Shown piece after piece: positions 13,499-25,976 of a DNA stretch of 64,000 bases. Under the pieces are notes generated by a model, which did not search any database, was not told the DNA's origin, and worked only from the letters and a program-made list of their open reading frames with translations. Within the stretch, counting starts at the first letter, position 1. Each line of letters begins with the position of its first letter. The translations under genes and the position numbers were made by a program. The DNA lies in assembly GCA_045837725.1 (NCBI GenBank), contig JBEWZL010000302.1, forward strand, positions 186,001-250,000, in the 5' to 3' direction. This DNA comes from Vermamoeba vermiformis (lineage: Eukaryota).

Positions 13499-15195
13499 AT
13501 GGAGCACAAAAAAATACCCATCGATAGTCTTGACAAACGATTTCCAACAGTCTTCGATTTAGATGGATCATTTAACCTTGGCAGTCCTCCAAAGACTTTG
13601 CTTGAACTTCGCGCAATGTCAGTGAGTAGTGCAATTAGAGAGAAAAAAAATTGGACGGAGAAGATCAAAAATAAAGAAATTAAGCAACGTTGGATTGATG
13701 AACTGCGGGCTGCAGGTAAAATTTAAATTTCAAAAATTAGAGAAAACTCAATTGGCCGCTAAAGACTCTATCCTTTACTACAGAAGTAACGGATGATATA
13801 ATTAAATATGTCTTCGATGAACTTGAGCAATATTACGCCAAACTTCAAGACGGATTAGTCGTTCCCTCAGCCGCCGATGGTGTTTATCTAGCTGATGGCC
13901 TAATCTCCGAGGAATTGCGACAAGAGCTTATTAAGGGCGTCTACCCTTTGGAGAACGTTGATAGCTCAAAGCTAGACTGGCATCCTGGATCCGACGAACA
14001 AGTGCTGGATCTCGTCCATCCCTCACTCTACTGCTTCGTTATTGGTCACACCAAAGTTGAAGAAGACATATGGCCGGCACCTTGGTCAGATTTCTTAGGC
14101 TCTGGCATTAAGGACGAGCTAAGGAAAGGATTTTTCAGTGCGCTAATCAGTCGATCCAAGCAGTGGTGGCAAACATTAACTTTGGGTGGCTACAAAGTCG
14201 GAATTTCTAGGAAATATCAGTGGCTGCCAGCTGAATTTAAAGTGGACGGACAAGGCAAAGTCCAGATCCGGTCGTACATTAATAATTTGCATCCCGAGTT
14301 CCACGAAGAGTTGTACGGCACTTTGGAACGGATCTTTGAACGATTCATACCTCTGTTCAATAAGACACTCACAGAGGCACTCCACAGACGTCCGAACAGA
14401 ATAGATTGCACATTTGTCAGATATCCAGAAGGCGTTACAGTCGACGATGCAAACCGGATCCCGATCCAACCACCACTCCCGACTTTTACTCCGCCACCGC
14501 CTCCCAAGACCCGCGTAGAGCTCCGAGGACGAAATATCCAAGTTATCGTCAAGATGGCAAACATTCATTTGACACCGGAAAAGCCCGAGTACGAAGGTGG
14601 CGTGTGGCACGTGGAAGGCATGGACAACGAGCGCATTATTGCGACGGGCATTTATTACTATCAATCGGAGAATATCACGACTTCGAGATTATCGTTCAGA
14701 AACACTATCTATGAGCCTGGCTACGAGCAAAGTGATAGGCTGGCTCCAATGGCTTTGTTCGGACTCGCGGACGATGCTCCGTTAGTCCAAAATGTTGGCT
14801 CGGTGATCACGGAGCAGGACAGGTGCATTGTATTTCCTAATTTGTACCAACACAAAGTCGAGCCTTTCAAGCTGGCAGATCCGACAAAACCAGGCACGAG
14901 AAAAATTTTGGTGTTTTTCTTGGTGGATCCGGGCACGCCTGTCATTTCCACGGCAGTTGTTCCGCCGCAACAGTCTGACTGGTACAAGTGGCAATTAATG
15001 AAAGAGTTTGAAGGCACTTTGTTTGAGGCATTGCCGCCTGAGCTCCAGTTGGAAATTTTGAACAAGACTAATGAAGCCATGTCGCTCGAGAAGGCCAAAG
15101 AACATCGCGACGAGTTGATGCGAGAACGCGGCTTGAGAACTGAAACTGACAACGAATTCATTTTTGAACGACCGTTCTCGCTGTGCGAACATTAG
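13499..15195 (+). CDS. DUF4246-family putative 2OG-Fe(II) oxygenase, copy 1 (one intron, about 13716-13783)
   Basis: DWHPGSDEQVLDLVHPSLY, YQWLPAEF, SYINNLHP, WHVEG, FPNLYQHKV, RKILVFFLVDP, FSLCEH C-terminus. Confidence 0.85.
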
Positions 15196-15433
15196 AGCTT
15201 AAATCTTGAGTTATTAATAAACGCTATTGTATATTACATTGAAGCGATGAATTCCGTGACTATTAATAGGAACCATAAAATAACAAAAAAAAATTGAAAG
15301 AATTTATTGAAACAATTCTTTAGTCATTTTGTAATTGAATATGTCATATACGTACACATATATCATATAAATTGGTTTATTTGCATGCAAAAAAGACCAA
15401 AATTTTGATGATTAATGACGCTAGCAACGAAAA

Positions 15434-17300
15434 ATGCCACCAAAACGTAAATTAGAAGAAAGTTTAGGAGCTATTGACAACAATACTCCAGAAAAAAAGC
15501 AAAAAATAGATAATAATTATAAGAAAATTACTACGAAGGTTTTCGATTGGAAATCAAGATTTCCAACCGTGTTTGACATCCACGAACAATTTTCGTGTCC
15601 TTCACCAAAGACAGTTTTAGAAAGACAAATAATGCGATACAGCCGCATGGTTAGATATCAACATGATTGGCATATTAAAATTAAAAACCAAGACTGGGTA
15701 ACCGAGATCAAATACAAACTTCTTAAAAAAGGTAATGAAACTACGACTCCATCAACAATTTCAATTATTGACACTTCAATAATATTAATTGTTACCTTTT
15801 TAGGTGCCGACGACGCTGTTATTCAATACGTGTTTGACGAACTTGAACAACGCTACCTAAATCTGATCGACGGTCCAATTTTTCCGGCGTTAGTCGATGG
15901 AGTCTATCAAGCAGATAATATGTTCACAGATCAATTCAAAGAGACATTCGAAAGACAGGCCAACGAAGTAGAACTATTGAGCCAAGGCGAGAATTTTTTG
16001 GTGATTGGCAAAGAGCCGGATTCTCTCTTCGATAGAGAGGACTACGTATTAAAAGACCTCATATGCCCTTCAATATGTTGCTTTAGTGTAGAAAAATCTA
16101 AACGACAAGAAGAACCTGTAAGGCTCGAGCAGATCGTTGAGAAGGATGCAGTTTTTACCAAGCCGATCTATGAAGTCCCAGTAGAATCGCCGGATGATTC
16201 TATCTCCGAGTATTCTAATGATTCATATGATTCAAATGAGCCTCCATTAGAGTAAGAACAGTTGGATCCAAGATCAAACTAATTTTCATCTAACTAACGT
16301 TAATTACTTTAGGCCTTCAAAAGAACCGGCTTATCAATGGTTGCCAGCGGAGTTTAATATCGACAATAACGGCAAGGTCAAGGTCACAATCGAAAGTTAC
16401 ATCAACAACCTGCATCCAGTACATTACGCCAACGTGTACGACTCCATCGCCCAGATCTTCGAAAAATTTATTCCGCTGTTCAACAAAACGCTTACCGACG
16501 TGCTTAATCCGACTCCTAATCGAATCCAATACGAAGAAATTCATGAAGATTTTATGGCCTTGAACGAGAGCCAGCGATCGCTGACCAGGGAGATTTCACC
16601 GCTAGTTCCAGAGTATTGCCCAAATAAGGCAACTTCGAGAACAGTTGTCGATCTCAAAGGCCGACGAGTCCAAGTCATAGTTAAAATGGCACGACTGGAT
16701 CTGCCCGCTTGTAGCAAGCTCGTTAACCCCTGGGAGGTCGATGGCATGCCTCACGAACGAATCATTGCCACCGGAGTTTATTGCTTCAATGCGCGGAACA
16801 TTTCTCCGATGACTATTTCTTTCCGTGAACCAATTGTTCCGCCGTTCCACGTGGCACGTGACACTGATGTTTTTGGACTCGACGTTGGTGCCCCGCTGAT
16901 TCAAGACCGTGGCACAGTGTCATTGCAAAGTGACAGGTGTCTCGTGTACCCGAATCTTTGGCAGCACCGGATCCTCATCTCGGAAGCTTCCGAATTTCGC
17001 GGAACAATGTCGCTATTGTATTTTTACTTAGTAGACCCTGCCACGCCAATACTGTCAACAGCGCACGTGCTGCCACAACAGCCCAGCTGGCTGGTAGATT
17101 ATCGGACAGTCGTCGAAGGGACCACTTTGAGCCAACTGCCGCCAGAACTGCTGCGCATCATATTCAGCAAATACCGCTATGGATTCAAGTACCCGAAGGC
17201 TGCTCAACATAGAATATTAGCGATCGAAGAAAGAAAGCTGTTCAACAAGTACACGGCGTGGCAATGGAACCACCGCACTTACGGATCTGACACCGACTAG
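15434..17300 (+). CDS. DUF4246-family paralog, copy 2 (divergent; introns about 15732-15803 and 16252-16312)
   Basis: Colinear similarity to copy 1 (RFPTVFD, YVFDELEQ, YQWLPAEF, SYINNLHP, QVIVKMA, LVDP). Confidence 0.8.
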
Positions 17301-17493
17301 GCGTTCCAACGCAATTCGATTCGTTCACTTGCCCTTCATTTAATGTTATGTCATAGTAAAGTACTCCTCCAACTGTTTTTCTAACCAACTCTAATTTGTT
17401 ACACAGATCTGCCAAAAGAAAAAAGCAGTTTAGCAGATCCTTGCAGATCTGGTCGACTAATTTGCTGTTCGTATTTTGGTTTAGCGAGTTCAT

Positions 17494-18897
17494 ATGACGA
17501 CACACCACACAACGAAAGCACATTTAAATACCATGAACATTACGTTGAAAATTCCTGAAGGAATGCGAATCAAAGTTGGGGTTTGGCGAAACAGACGCAA
17601 ACAGAGAAATAAGGAAGATCGCATAATCAAAATCGATGTGCGTAAGGTATCAACAACCTCTCCTAATGATCCGGTGCTCTCTAATAAGAAGCACATCCAC
17701 AAAGGTTCTGGTACGTAGCCGATCTCAAATTCAAAGTTAGCTAAAACACTAACAACCCCAATAAGGTAACCAGTCATTCAATAAAATATCCGAACATGAC
17801 TGCGCGAGGTACTCATCACCAGCTGTCATGCCTCCAGTTTCGGAGCCAAATCCAGGTGCAAATCTGGAAACTCCTTCGGGTCGCGAGTTGGAGGGAATAA
17901 GTACGTAGTTAATAATCGTATAACGAGTAATAATGCTTAGCCTCATTTTTAGTACAATTAATGGAGGAAATGAAGACGTTTATGGAAACAGAGTTCGAAT
18001 GTGTTCGCAAAGAGAAGATCAATACACGTGCTGAGCAATTCGAGCACAGCATGACCATGTGGATGCCATATCAGATATGCCAGTGGTGGGGATTCAAGCC
18101 TGATATGGTCGCCAATCATAAAATTTCAAAGTGGGCTACGGTAAGCTTTTGCAAGAGTTAGTAACAATTATACTGACCAAAAACAATAATGGTCACTATA
18201 GTCCCAAATTTAATTGTACTTGCTTTACCGGTTTTTTTTTGGAGGAGATCTAATTTTTTTTTTGCATCTAGGCCCTACATTTGCGCGAGCCGAGGCGTGG
18301 TTCAATAATGACAGACTCAAGTTTTTCCGAGACATTCATGCTATCGTGCACGACAAACAAGTGTTTCAAATGTTTAATGAGCTCGAGTACGATGGCATTG
18401 GCCACGGTTCATTGTCAAGCAGTGCCCCTGCAAATTTCGAATCAACGACTAGACAAGTTGCAAATATTCATCACAACGTTCTGGTCGTCGTTGAAATTTC
18501 GATGAAGAATCTCAAAGTGTCATTGCAGCTCGTAGGCACTTGGCTCCAGTACTGCAAAGAAGTTGGATCAGATCCGGACATGCTCGATGGATTTCAGAAG
18601 ATCTGCGTGGAGACTAAATTAGGCTTAAAAGAGTTCAAGCGATTCTTGGATTTGTTGCGGACATTAATACAGCTCGAAAAGAAGCTCATCTTGCAAGTGT
18701 TTCGTCACATCCATCGGTTCAACAGCGTGCGAGACCTTCACGGGGACATACGTGCTGTATTGATGTGTTACAATGAGCCTCCTCTTCTAGCAACTGAAGT
18801 GTTATTGACCTCGACATTCGCGTCAAAAGTATTTCCGACAATTGCGAGCCTATACAAGTACAACAACTTTGAGTTGCTTGCTTTTAAGGCCAACTAG
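17494..18897 (+). CDS. Hypothetical protein (multi-exon)
   Basis: Successive ORF segments bounded by GT/AG sites and a long last exon; no recognised motif. Confidence 0.45.
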
Positions 18898-19097
18898 ACC
18901 ACAAGAACACTAAACAATGGATGTGGTGAACATCGATTTCTTGTATTACAATAAAGATTGTATATTCTCGGATTCAGGTCGAAATTTTTCTAAAATTTCA
19001 GCACAAAACGCGTTACCAACACGCCGTGTTGTCCCTTTCCAATTTTTTAGCTACGTTTAATAAAGGCATTCTTATTTCCAAAAATTACATCAAGACA

Positions 19098-19434
19098 ATG
19101 ATTCCCTTAATCACTGCTATTATGTCTCTGCCCGTAGCTGCCAAACTTCTCGGCTTCACTGCATCTGGAATTAAAGCTGGTAAGGGCAAACAGGTCTGGT
19201 GAACTAGTTAATAATTATACGTTAGGAACCCTAGCGGCACTGTTCATGAGTAAGTGGGCCACGTTGTTTGGATCAGTCGGAGCGGGAACTCCTGTCGCAA
19301 TTCTCCAATGGATCGGAACTTGGAAGCTGAGTAAGTTTCATTTATTACGATTTAGACAATAATTTACGATTCATTAAGGCACGGCTGCCATGTCCTCGGT
19401 TGCCGGTATCGCTGCTTACTTCGGCCTTGGATGA
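19098..19434 (+). CDS. IFI6/IFI27 (ISG12)-like small hydrophobic protein, 3 exons
   Basis: Exons 19098-19179, 19226-19330 and 19379-19434 splice in frame: MIPLITAIMSLPVAAKLLGFTASGIKAGTLAALFMSKWATLFGSVGAGTPVAILQWIGTWKLSTAAMSSVAGIAAYFGLG. Confidence 0.8.
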
Positions 19435-19527
19435 GACTCTCTTTCCTTTGAATCCGGCCCTTACTTATTCTTTGAATAGTAGGCCTTCTTCCTGATGTTT
19501 TCTCACCATTTATATATAAATAGTCTC

Positions 19528-21990
19528 TTAGGCCGATTGATGACGGGTGTCACTTTTCATTACTTTGATTTCGTTGCGCAGCTCGTTGTTCTCTTTCAAT
19601 AACTTTTCGACTTCTATTTTTAGCTCGTTGAGTTGATTCGACTGTTCGGTGAATGATGAAGTGTTGTGCATTGAAGGCGATGCCTTTTTGTTCGGAGGTT
19701 TGTCGCCCTTGCGTATGATCCGGAGCAGTTTGAACAAGAACAGCGAGACTAGCGTGACTAACGTGCAGAAACAAATGACAGTGCTCAAAGTAGTGTGCAC
19801 GACCATGTAATCGGTGATGGTGAAGATCATTGGCACGAGGACTATAGCCGCAAAACTGAAGGTGTAAATTGATGCCGCGACGTGTCGTGATTCGTTGTAA
19901 ATAGTTGGCACGTTTCTGTTGAGATAGGCAAAGACGCAACCGACCAATAGCAACGCACAACTGAGTACCAACAGTACGATGAAGATCTTCACGCCCGTGT
20001 CGTTCGTGCCACAAATCATCATGTATTGGTCTGGCGGCAAGTTCGTCGTGTACGGATGCAGTTGGGGCGGATCCAGCGCAGTCCAAACGGCCAGCGGAAC
20101 AATGTAGAGCACAGCTATTCCCGCTACAATTGGCACGATATGAATGTCCTTGATGACTCGGATCTCTAATGTCTTGACATCTGACAGTCGCCAAATGCGG
20201 TACATCTTCGCACTGAGATTCGCGTGCAAGAGGCTAAATCCCATCAAGATGAGCCATATAGAAGCAGTGCAATAGTCATCGGCTGGTGGCTGGATGTTGA
20301 CGAGGATGACGCCAATTTACATTGCAATAGCCCCTGCAATTGTGCCGTAATGGAACGTCGGTTGAGTAGCACGAATGAGCTTGTAGTCTCGACACTTGAC
20401 CACGAAAAATAAGAAGAACAGCGCCACGCCAATGACGAACGTAGCCACGCATAAGAAGGCGATCACGACGCTCTGCGGTAGATATATTTGATAGCTGTAG
20501 ACGGGCTCTGGATTGCCCAACATGACCGCGTACAAAGTGTGTTGGTCGCGAAGTCCGTATTGCTCCAAAAGTGCCGTCCAGTCACGTGTCAGTCCTGCTT
20601 GCGCCTCTTCTAACGTACATTCGTCATACAAATAACACTTGTTCCATGTCGTAAAGGCCGTGAAGTACGCGTACTGTTGAATAGCGGGCATGGGAATAGC
20701 GACATTAGGACTCTCCAATACGGCTCTCAATGTGCTGACTGTGTTGACTGTTGTGATATTTGAGAAGCCGCTCTCAAGCCACAGAGTTTCGTTCAGTTGT
20801 GACTTGCGGAAAATATCTTGGCCGAGACCTTCAAAGACGCCAACTTTGCTCTGTGCAGGCTGTGACAAAAACGACAAAAAGTCGTACGCTGCTTTCTTGC
20901 GGTCATCTCGCGTGAACCGAGACACAAAGCCAGTGTAGCCGGGCGTTGCAAAGGGTGCTCTGTTGATGCCTTTCTTGTCCATGAACGCGCACAGATCAGC
21001 CGTGCATTGCTCCATTTGCTGCGTCTTGCGATTGTAGACCTCTCGTGTGCCAGGGAGTATTGTCGACGACGTGACATTTGACACGGAAGTGTTTTTGATA
21101 ATTCCAAGAATGTCACCAAATGTCAAAACCATCGCACAACGACCGGCCGCAAACAAGTCCCACGACGTCCAAATGTCAGTCTCGCGCTCCGGTCCGTAGC
21201 GCGTGATCTCTTTGTAGATTGACCACACGTGCGAGAAGGCTGTCGTGTTGGACATTGGTGCCATGGTCTGCGGATCAAAGAACACACCTTGATGCGTGCC
21301 GTTGTATTGCAAGTACGACGACACGTAGCTCATGAAGAAATATGCGTTCAAATCAAACTTGCTCGAGTTAGTCTTGCCAGTGCAGGTCGCGTAATCGGGC
21401 ACGCCATCGCCGTTCATGTCGACGCCTTGCAAAGCTTGTGAAACTTGAATATACTCTTCCCAGGTATCGGGCGGCTTGTCAAATCCCGCTTGTGCAAGAA
21501 TATCTTCTCTGTAGTATAACAACATCGCATCCGCATCCATTGGGACCGTGAAGATCTGACCTTTGTAAACCGTCGTGATAGTGCGCTCGTAGGTTGCTAT
21601 GTCGTACCAAGCCATAGCTGCATCATCGCGGACCCATTCGCTCACATTTTGGATGAGTGGTCGCTGATCTGGCTGACAATCCGGACATATGATCAGATTG
21701 TAAAACTCGGAGGCAGGTCCGACGTAGCCGTCGTAATACGGTGAGCCTTTCTTCAAGTCAGACAACATCTCGCTGCGTAGCTCTGCTTCGCTGAATGCAA
21801 ATACGTTCACTGTAATGCCAGTCTTGTTGTAAAAAGGCTCCAAATTGTTTCTGCATAACGTTTCAAATCCACCGCTACGAGCTGCAATATTGATCGTTAG
21901 TGTTGTGGCAGCACCGATAAATAGCTGCAATGTCACGAGCGTCAGGATTACGCGAAAGTACATCCTAAAAGACTTTGTAAGCAGATGCAT
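19528..21990 (-). pseudogene. Class C (7tm_3, GABA-B-like) GPCR with an N-terminal bacterial-type extracellular solute-binding domain; one in-frame TAA at 20317-20319
   Basis: ORFs 20317-21990 and 19528-20247 share a frame; PMDADAMLLYYREDIL..PPDTWEEY (ABC sugar-binding protein-like), KMYRIWR, YNESRH, C-terminal coiled coil. Confidence 0.8.
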
Positions 21991-22731
21991 GTAAAAATGA
22001 ACTTTATGAGTACCTTTTGTGTTGCCTTAGGCGGATGAACAAAATAATACCACATGCCGATTAATGCAATTTCAGTGCACTCATCTATCTCCGAATTTTT
22101 GTAAGAATTACAGCAAAATTCTAGGCTATTCTAAAAGAGGCCAAGGATCCACTACAAAATGGGATAATCGCCGTCTACCTACACGTGCAATGGATTAAGT
22201 ATTTTGTTATTATGATTCGTGTTATAGAATTGTTTATGAAGCATTATAATCACTTCGCCAAAAAAGTAATAATTCAGCATCTATTATTAGCGCCTTTAGC
22301 AGGGATGGCTTTTGGCACGCGTTATATACCTCAAAATAATTTAGGTGAGCATAAGCATAACAATGCAAGTGCTTATGAGGTAGTAGAGGAGGAGGCATCC
22401 GATTTTAACAAAAACAAAAAACTAAAATTCAAAAAAATCTGAAAAAACGGCTCTTCAGTAGATATTGATAAATTAATTGATCCGATACTTTTGTACATTT
22501 TTGGCGCTTAATTATTTCAATGGCAGATAAATTGGCTTTTTGAGTATATTCGTAACTTACGGAGTAATTAACGAATCCGATGGAGCCCGAACCACATAAC
22601 CATTTTCGTATATACAAGAAGTATCATTTGATAATTATTCCTCGTTTCTTGTTGTTTTCTGTGCATGACACAATAAACTGACAAACATTATAATGTTCAT
22701 TAATTAAAACTCTTCAATGCCGTAAACAGGC

Positions 22732-23657
22732 ATGACTGACACAAGGTACTCATATAAATAAACACCTTTAATATGAGTCTATTTTAACGGGATTATTGAT
22801 GTTACCAGAGGGAAGGATAAAGATCGTGTCAAGCGCGTAAATATCAGCAGCATCGCTGTCGAGACAGAAACATCAACTAATTCTATTCCACAAGCCTTAC
22901 AAAATATTGGCTTTGAAAAGGATGGGATTAGATCGAGTAGGATTGATATTTGTTAAATAAAATAATTACTAATTTTCAATTAGATACACCCGCTGCTAAA
23001 TTGGTCCACATTACAAATCTAGTAAACGAAGGCAAAGTTCCTTCTTCTCGATTAAAATCTTGGAGTGAGGAACAGGATTCAGGTACAGATCGAGTAAAAT
23101 GTAATATTAATTGCGTCTAATGTATTATTTCAGAACTAGGAACGTTTGATTTGTATCTAAAGGGGACAATTTTGATTATCAAGCACGCGCCACAGATCTA
23201 CAGAACGACAAGAGATGTCGTAAACGATCCGATCATAAGACAAACGACCGGCAAGCTTGTCAACGCTGTAGTGAGCGGAGCTAAAACAGTCTATGATGAA
23301 GTGAACGTATATTATTATCCTATAATACGAGAAAAGACGGAAGAAGCTTACAACGTTGCATCCAGTGTCATCAAGAAAGGCACATCCACCGCAGTTAACA
23401 CCGTGACAGATCTGTACAATAATCCTGCTATTCGAGAGACAGCTAATAGCGCCTATCGGACCGTTAGTGCAATGTCCGAGAGCGTATCGAACGCGTATAG
23501 TGATGTCAAGGACAAGACCGAAACTGCTATCAAAAGTGTCACTGAAAGTGTCAAAAACGCAACCGCAGGAATTGACACGAGCAATACTATTAAAGATGCA
23601 ACGCATTATATTGGTCATTACTTGTTAGGAAGTGCTCCTATTCGATCAAAGCTGTAA
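22732..23657 (+). CDS. Hypothetical protein with an amphipathic-helix-rich C-terminal half and C-terminal SKL (PTS1), multi-exon
   Basis: Spliced exons lead into ORF 23151-23657, which ends PIRSKL*. Confidence 0.6.
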
Positions 23658-24002
23658 TTAGAACGAACATAAACGAGATAGTTGCGCGCCACACCACCAC
23701 CACATCCAAACTTAAACTAGATAGCTCTCCCAAATCTAACAGGTACGTGCGCATTGTAGGTCTAAAGTACTTTTAATATTGCTTCTTGCATTATACTAAC
23801 ATATGATGTAAAGGAGAAGGCCTTGGTGATAGGGTGGTTTGGGGGGGGGATCGACGCCAGAGGTGTACAGTGACAGGCGTGGTGGCACTGCACGGTGATT
23901 GGTCGGTGATCACGTGACACTAAGTGCACTTACTTGGTTAGGATTGTGCTTGATGACTGCTCCACGCTGCTTGCCCGGGGCATGATTGCGCACGTGGTCA
24001 AG

Positions 24003-24315
24003 AACTTCACAAGACACCACTGCTCTTCATTCACTTCAGTCCTGATGATCGCGTCATTGCCACGGCCTCGGAGACTGTAAGTAGACTTTGTGCGAATTCT
24101 ATTCTTGCCGATCACGTGATCTAACTACTCACTCACAGAGCACGGTCAATAAAGTGCGCGCAGTAGATCCGCGCCTCGACAAAGAGCTCTTGTTCTGTCG
24201 CGGTACCTAGCACGGCGCTACCATTGCCTCAATTGCATTCAACAGCGATGGATCACTGCTCGCGGTGTCGAGTAGCAACAGCACAGTGCACTTGTTCGAA
24301 GTGCCATCGCTCTAG
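24003..24315 (+). pseudogene. ATG18/WIPI (PROPPIN) WD40 gene fragment, degenerate
   Basis: LHKTPLLFIHFSPDDRVIATASET / intron / STVNKVRAVDPRLDKELLFCRGT*HGATIASIAFNSDGSLLAVSSSNSTVHLFEV; matches PROPPIN blades 5-6; TAG at 24208-24210. Confidence 0.75.
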
Positions 24316-24549
24316 CTGTCAAGTGTCATGTCCGCGCTAACAAGGAATGAGTTGTGCAGCGTGACGTGCGTCAGCTCGGCAGAGACCGATAAAAGGTCTA
24401 TTCAGTGCACCACCCGTAATCGATCGCCACACAATAAATTTATTCAAAAATCGAAACCATTTTTGGCAGTGACATGAAGTCAACTTAATGATAAATTATT
24501 TATTTATAATACTAAACTAATTACAAGGTTAACAAGACAACAACTCGAC

Positions 24550-25245
24550 TCAAACTGAATGAAGGAGAAGTCCATCTTGTACTCGTGCAAAGACACTCCT
24601 AACTGAAGGAGGAGTAGTTTGTCTCGTACTGAAACAACTTGAAGTTACCAGATCATAGTGAATAGCTTTGACCTCATTGCGAAGAGCTTTGACCTCATTG
24701 CAAAGAGCTTTAACCTCATTGCAAAGAGCCTTGACCTCATTGCGAAGAGGTCTAATCTCATTGCGAACAGTGTTCTTCAACATGGCGAACAGCTGGGTCA
24801 GCTCGACTGGCGGCACAGTTTGTTCCACTTGACTTGAAGCTGGTTCTGCCAGAGTCGGCGTAGCATCCATAAAGGTATGACGTACAGTGGATGAAGGAGA
24901 CTTTTGCTTCGCTTCAACGCTATGCCAATGTCGAGTGGATCGCCTACGATTTTTCTGAAAAATTTAAAATTAGCTGCTAAATAATATTGAAAATATTAAA
25001 TAATAGATCGACATACCAGCAAACGAGTCTGATAGCTGCCCTTGGGGGTTAGCTTCTTATTTCCTGTTTTTTGAATCGTTAGAAACACTGTTTCGGCTCA
25101 GAGCGATAGTGGTGTTCTTACCTCTTCTGGTGTCTTTACTTCCTCCGCGTGAGTCGGCCATATATAACTTGATAGATCGCTTCACTGTTTCAGTTACTGA
25201 GCTTGAGGACTCGTTCTCTGAAAGACCGATCAGACTCGTTGACAT
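24550..25245 (-). CDS. Hypothetical coiled-coil protein, possibly pseudogenised (putative upstream exon has a TAA at 25057)
   Basis: ORF 24550-24870 with NEVKAL[RC] heptads; GT-AG intron about 24957-25016. Confidence 0.35.
24664..24768. repeat. Coding minisatellite, 5 x 21 bp
   Basis: Unit AGCTTTGACCTCATTGCGAAG, encoding heptad RNEVKAL on the minus strand. Confidence 0.85.
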
Positions 25246-25976
25246 TATGGTTACCAACTCTTACCTGAGTACTTAGTCGTTGCCTGCTTAATCGATATCT
25301 TAACGACGCGATGTCGATCTTGCAATTAAAGCGTTAGAATGGTTTATTCAATTTCGTGGCGCCACCTTAAAAATAAGTTTGACAAAATTGTACCGAGCTT
25401 GGCAAAGCCAAAATATTGCCGGAAAGAGCCTCTAAACCCGGTAATATAATTCAAAATATGCTTAGTTAATTTTATAGCGAGGAAAATAATTTTTGAGACA
25501 AACTTTCGATTTAATTTAAATTTTGGTCGATCGCATCCCATCTGAACCCACTTATTCCTACCTTGTTGTAAGTTAATGCTGAAATGTCTATTCATGCTAA
25601 TTGGTATTGATTTGTTGCGTGTTTGGTGCGAGAGAAGCTTTTATGGCCCAGTTAAGTCACAACAGAGACAAAGGCAAGATGAGCTGCAAGTTCTGCCAAT
25701 ATTTGCTTTTTTTTGCATTGAACGATCATGCGACGTTGTATTCGAGTGAAAGAATGAGTGTTATGAAGCACGACAAAAAAAAATTTTTCACGGCTCAGGG
25801 ACATCAGTAGCACTCAGTTACCGTGCCTGTGCCGTAAATAAATTGGATGGATTATTTCCAACCATTTTATGTATTGTCCATCCAATCTCCTATGACAGAG
25901 AAGCAAGATCGTTTTCTTCTTGAAATAATTTACATTTATTTACAGCTGTTATGGGTTGACCTAGCGACCCTAAATA

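Noticed and set aside
22185-22617. Short ORFs between the GPCR and the SKL gene
   Set aside because: AT-rich, no recognisable motifs or consistent splice structure
24664-24768. CRISPR-like array
   Set aside because: Head-to-tail 21-bp coding repeats with no spacers, in a eukaryotic context
20317-25059. Stop-codon reassignment suggested by in-frame TAA/TAG at 20317, 24208 and 25057 (two at likely Tyr positions)
   Set aside because: Conserved genes (V-ATPase A, RPS29, DUF4246) end normally at TAA/TAG and long exons contain no internal stops; Tyr codons are one mutation from a stop
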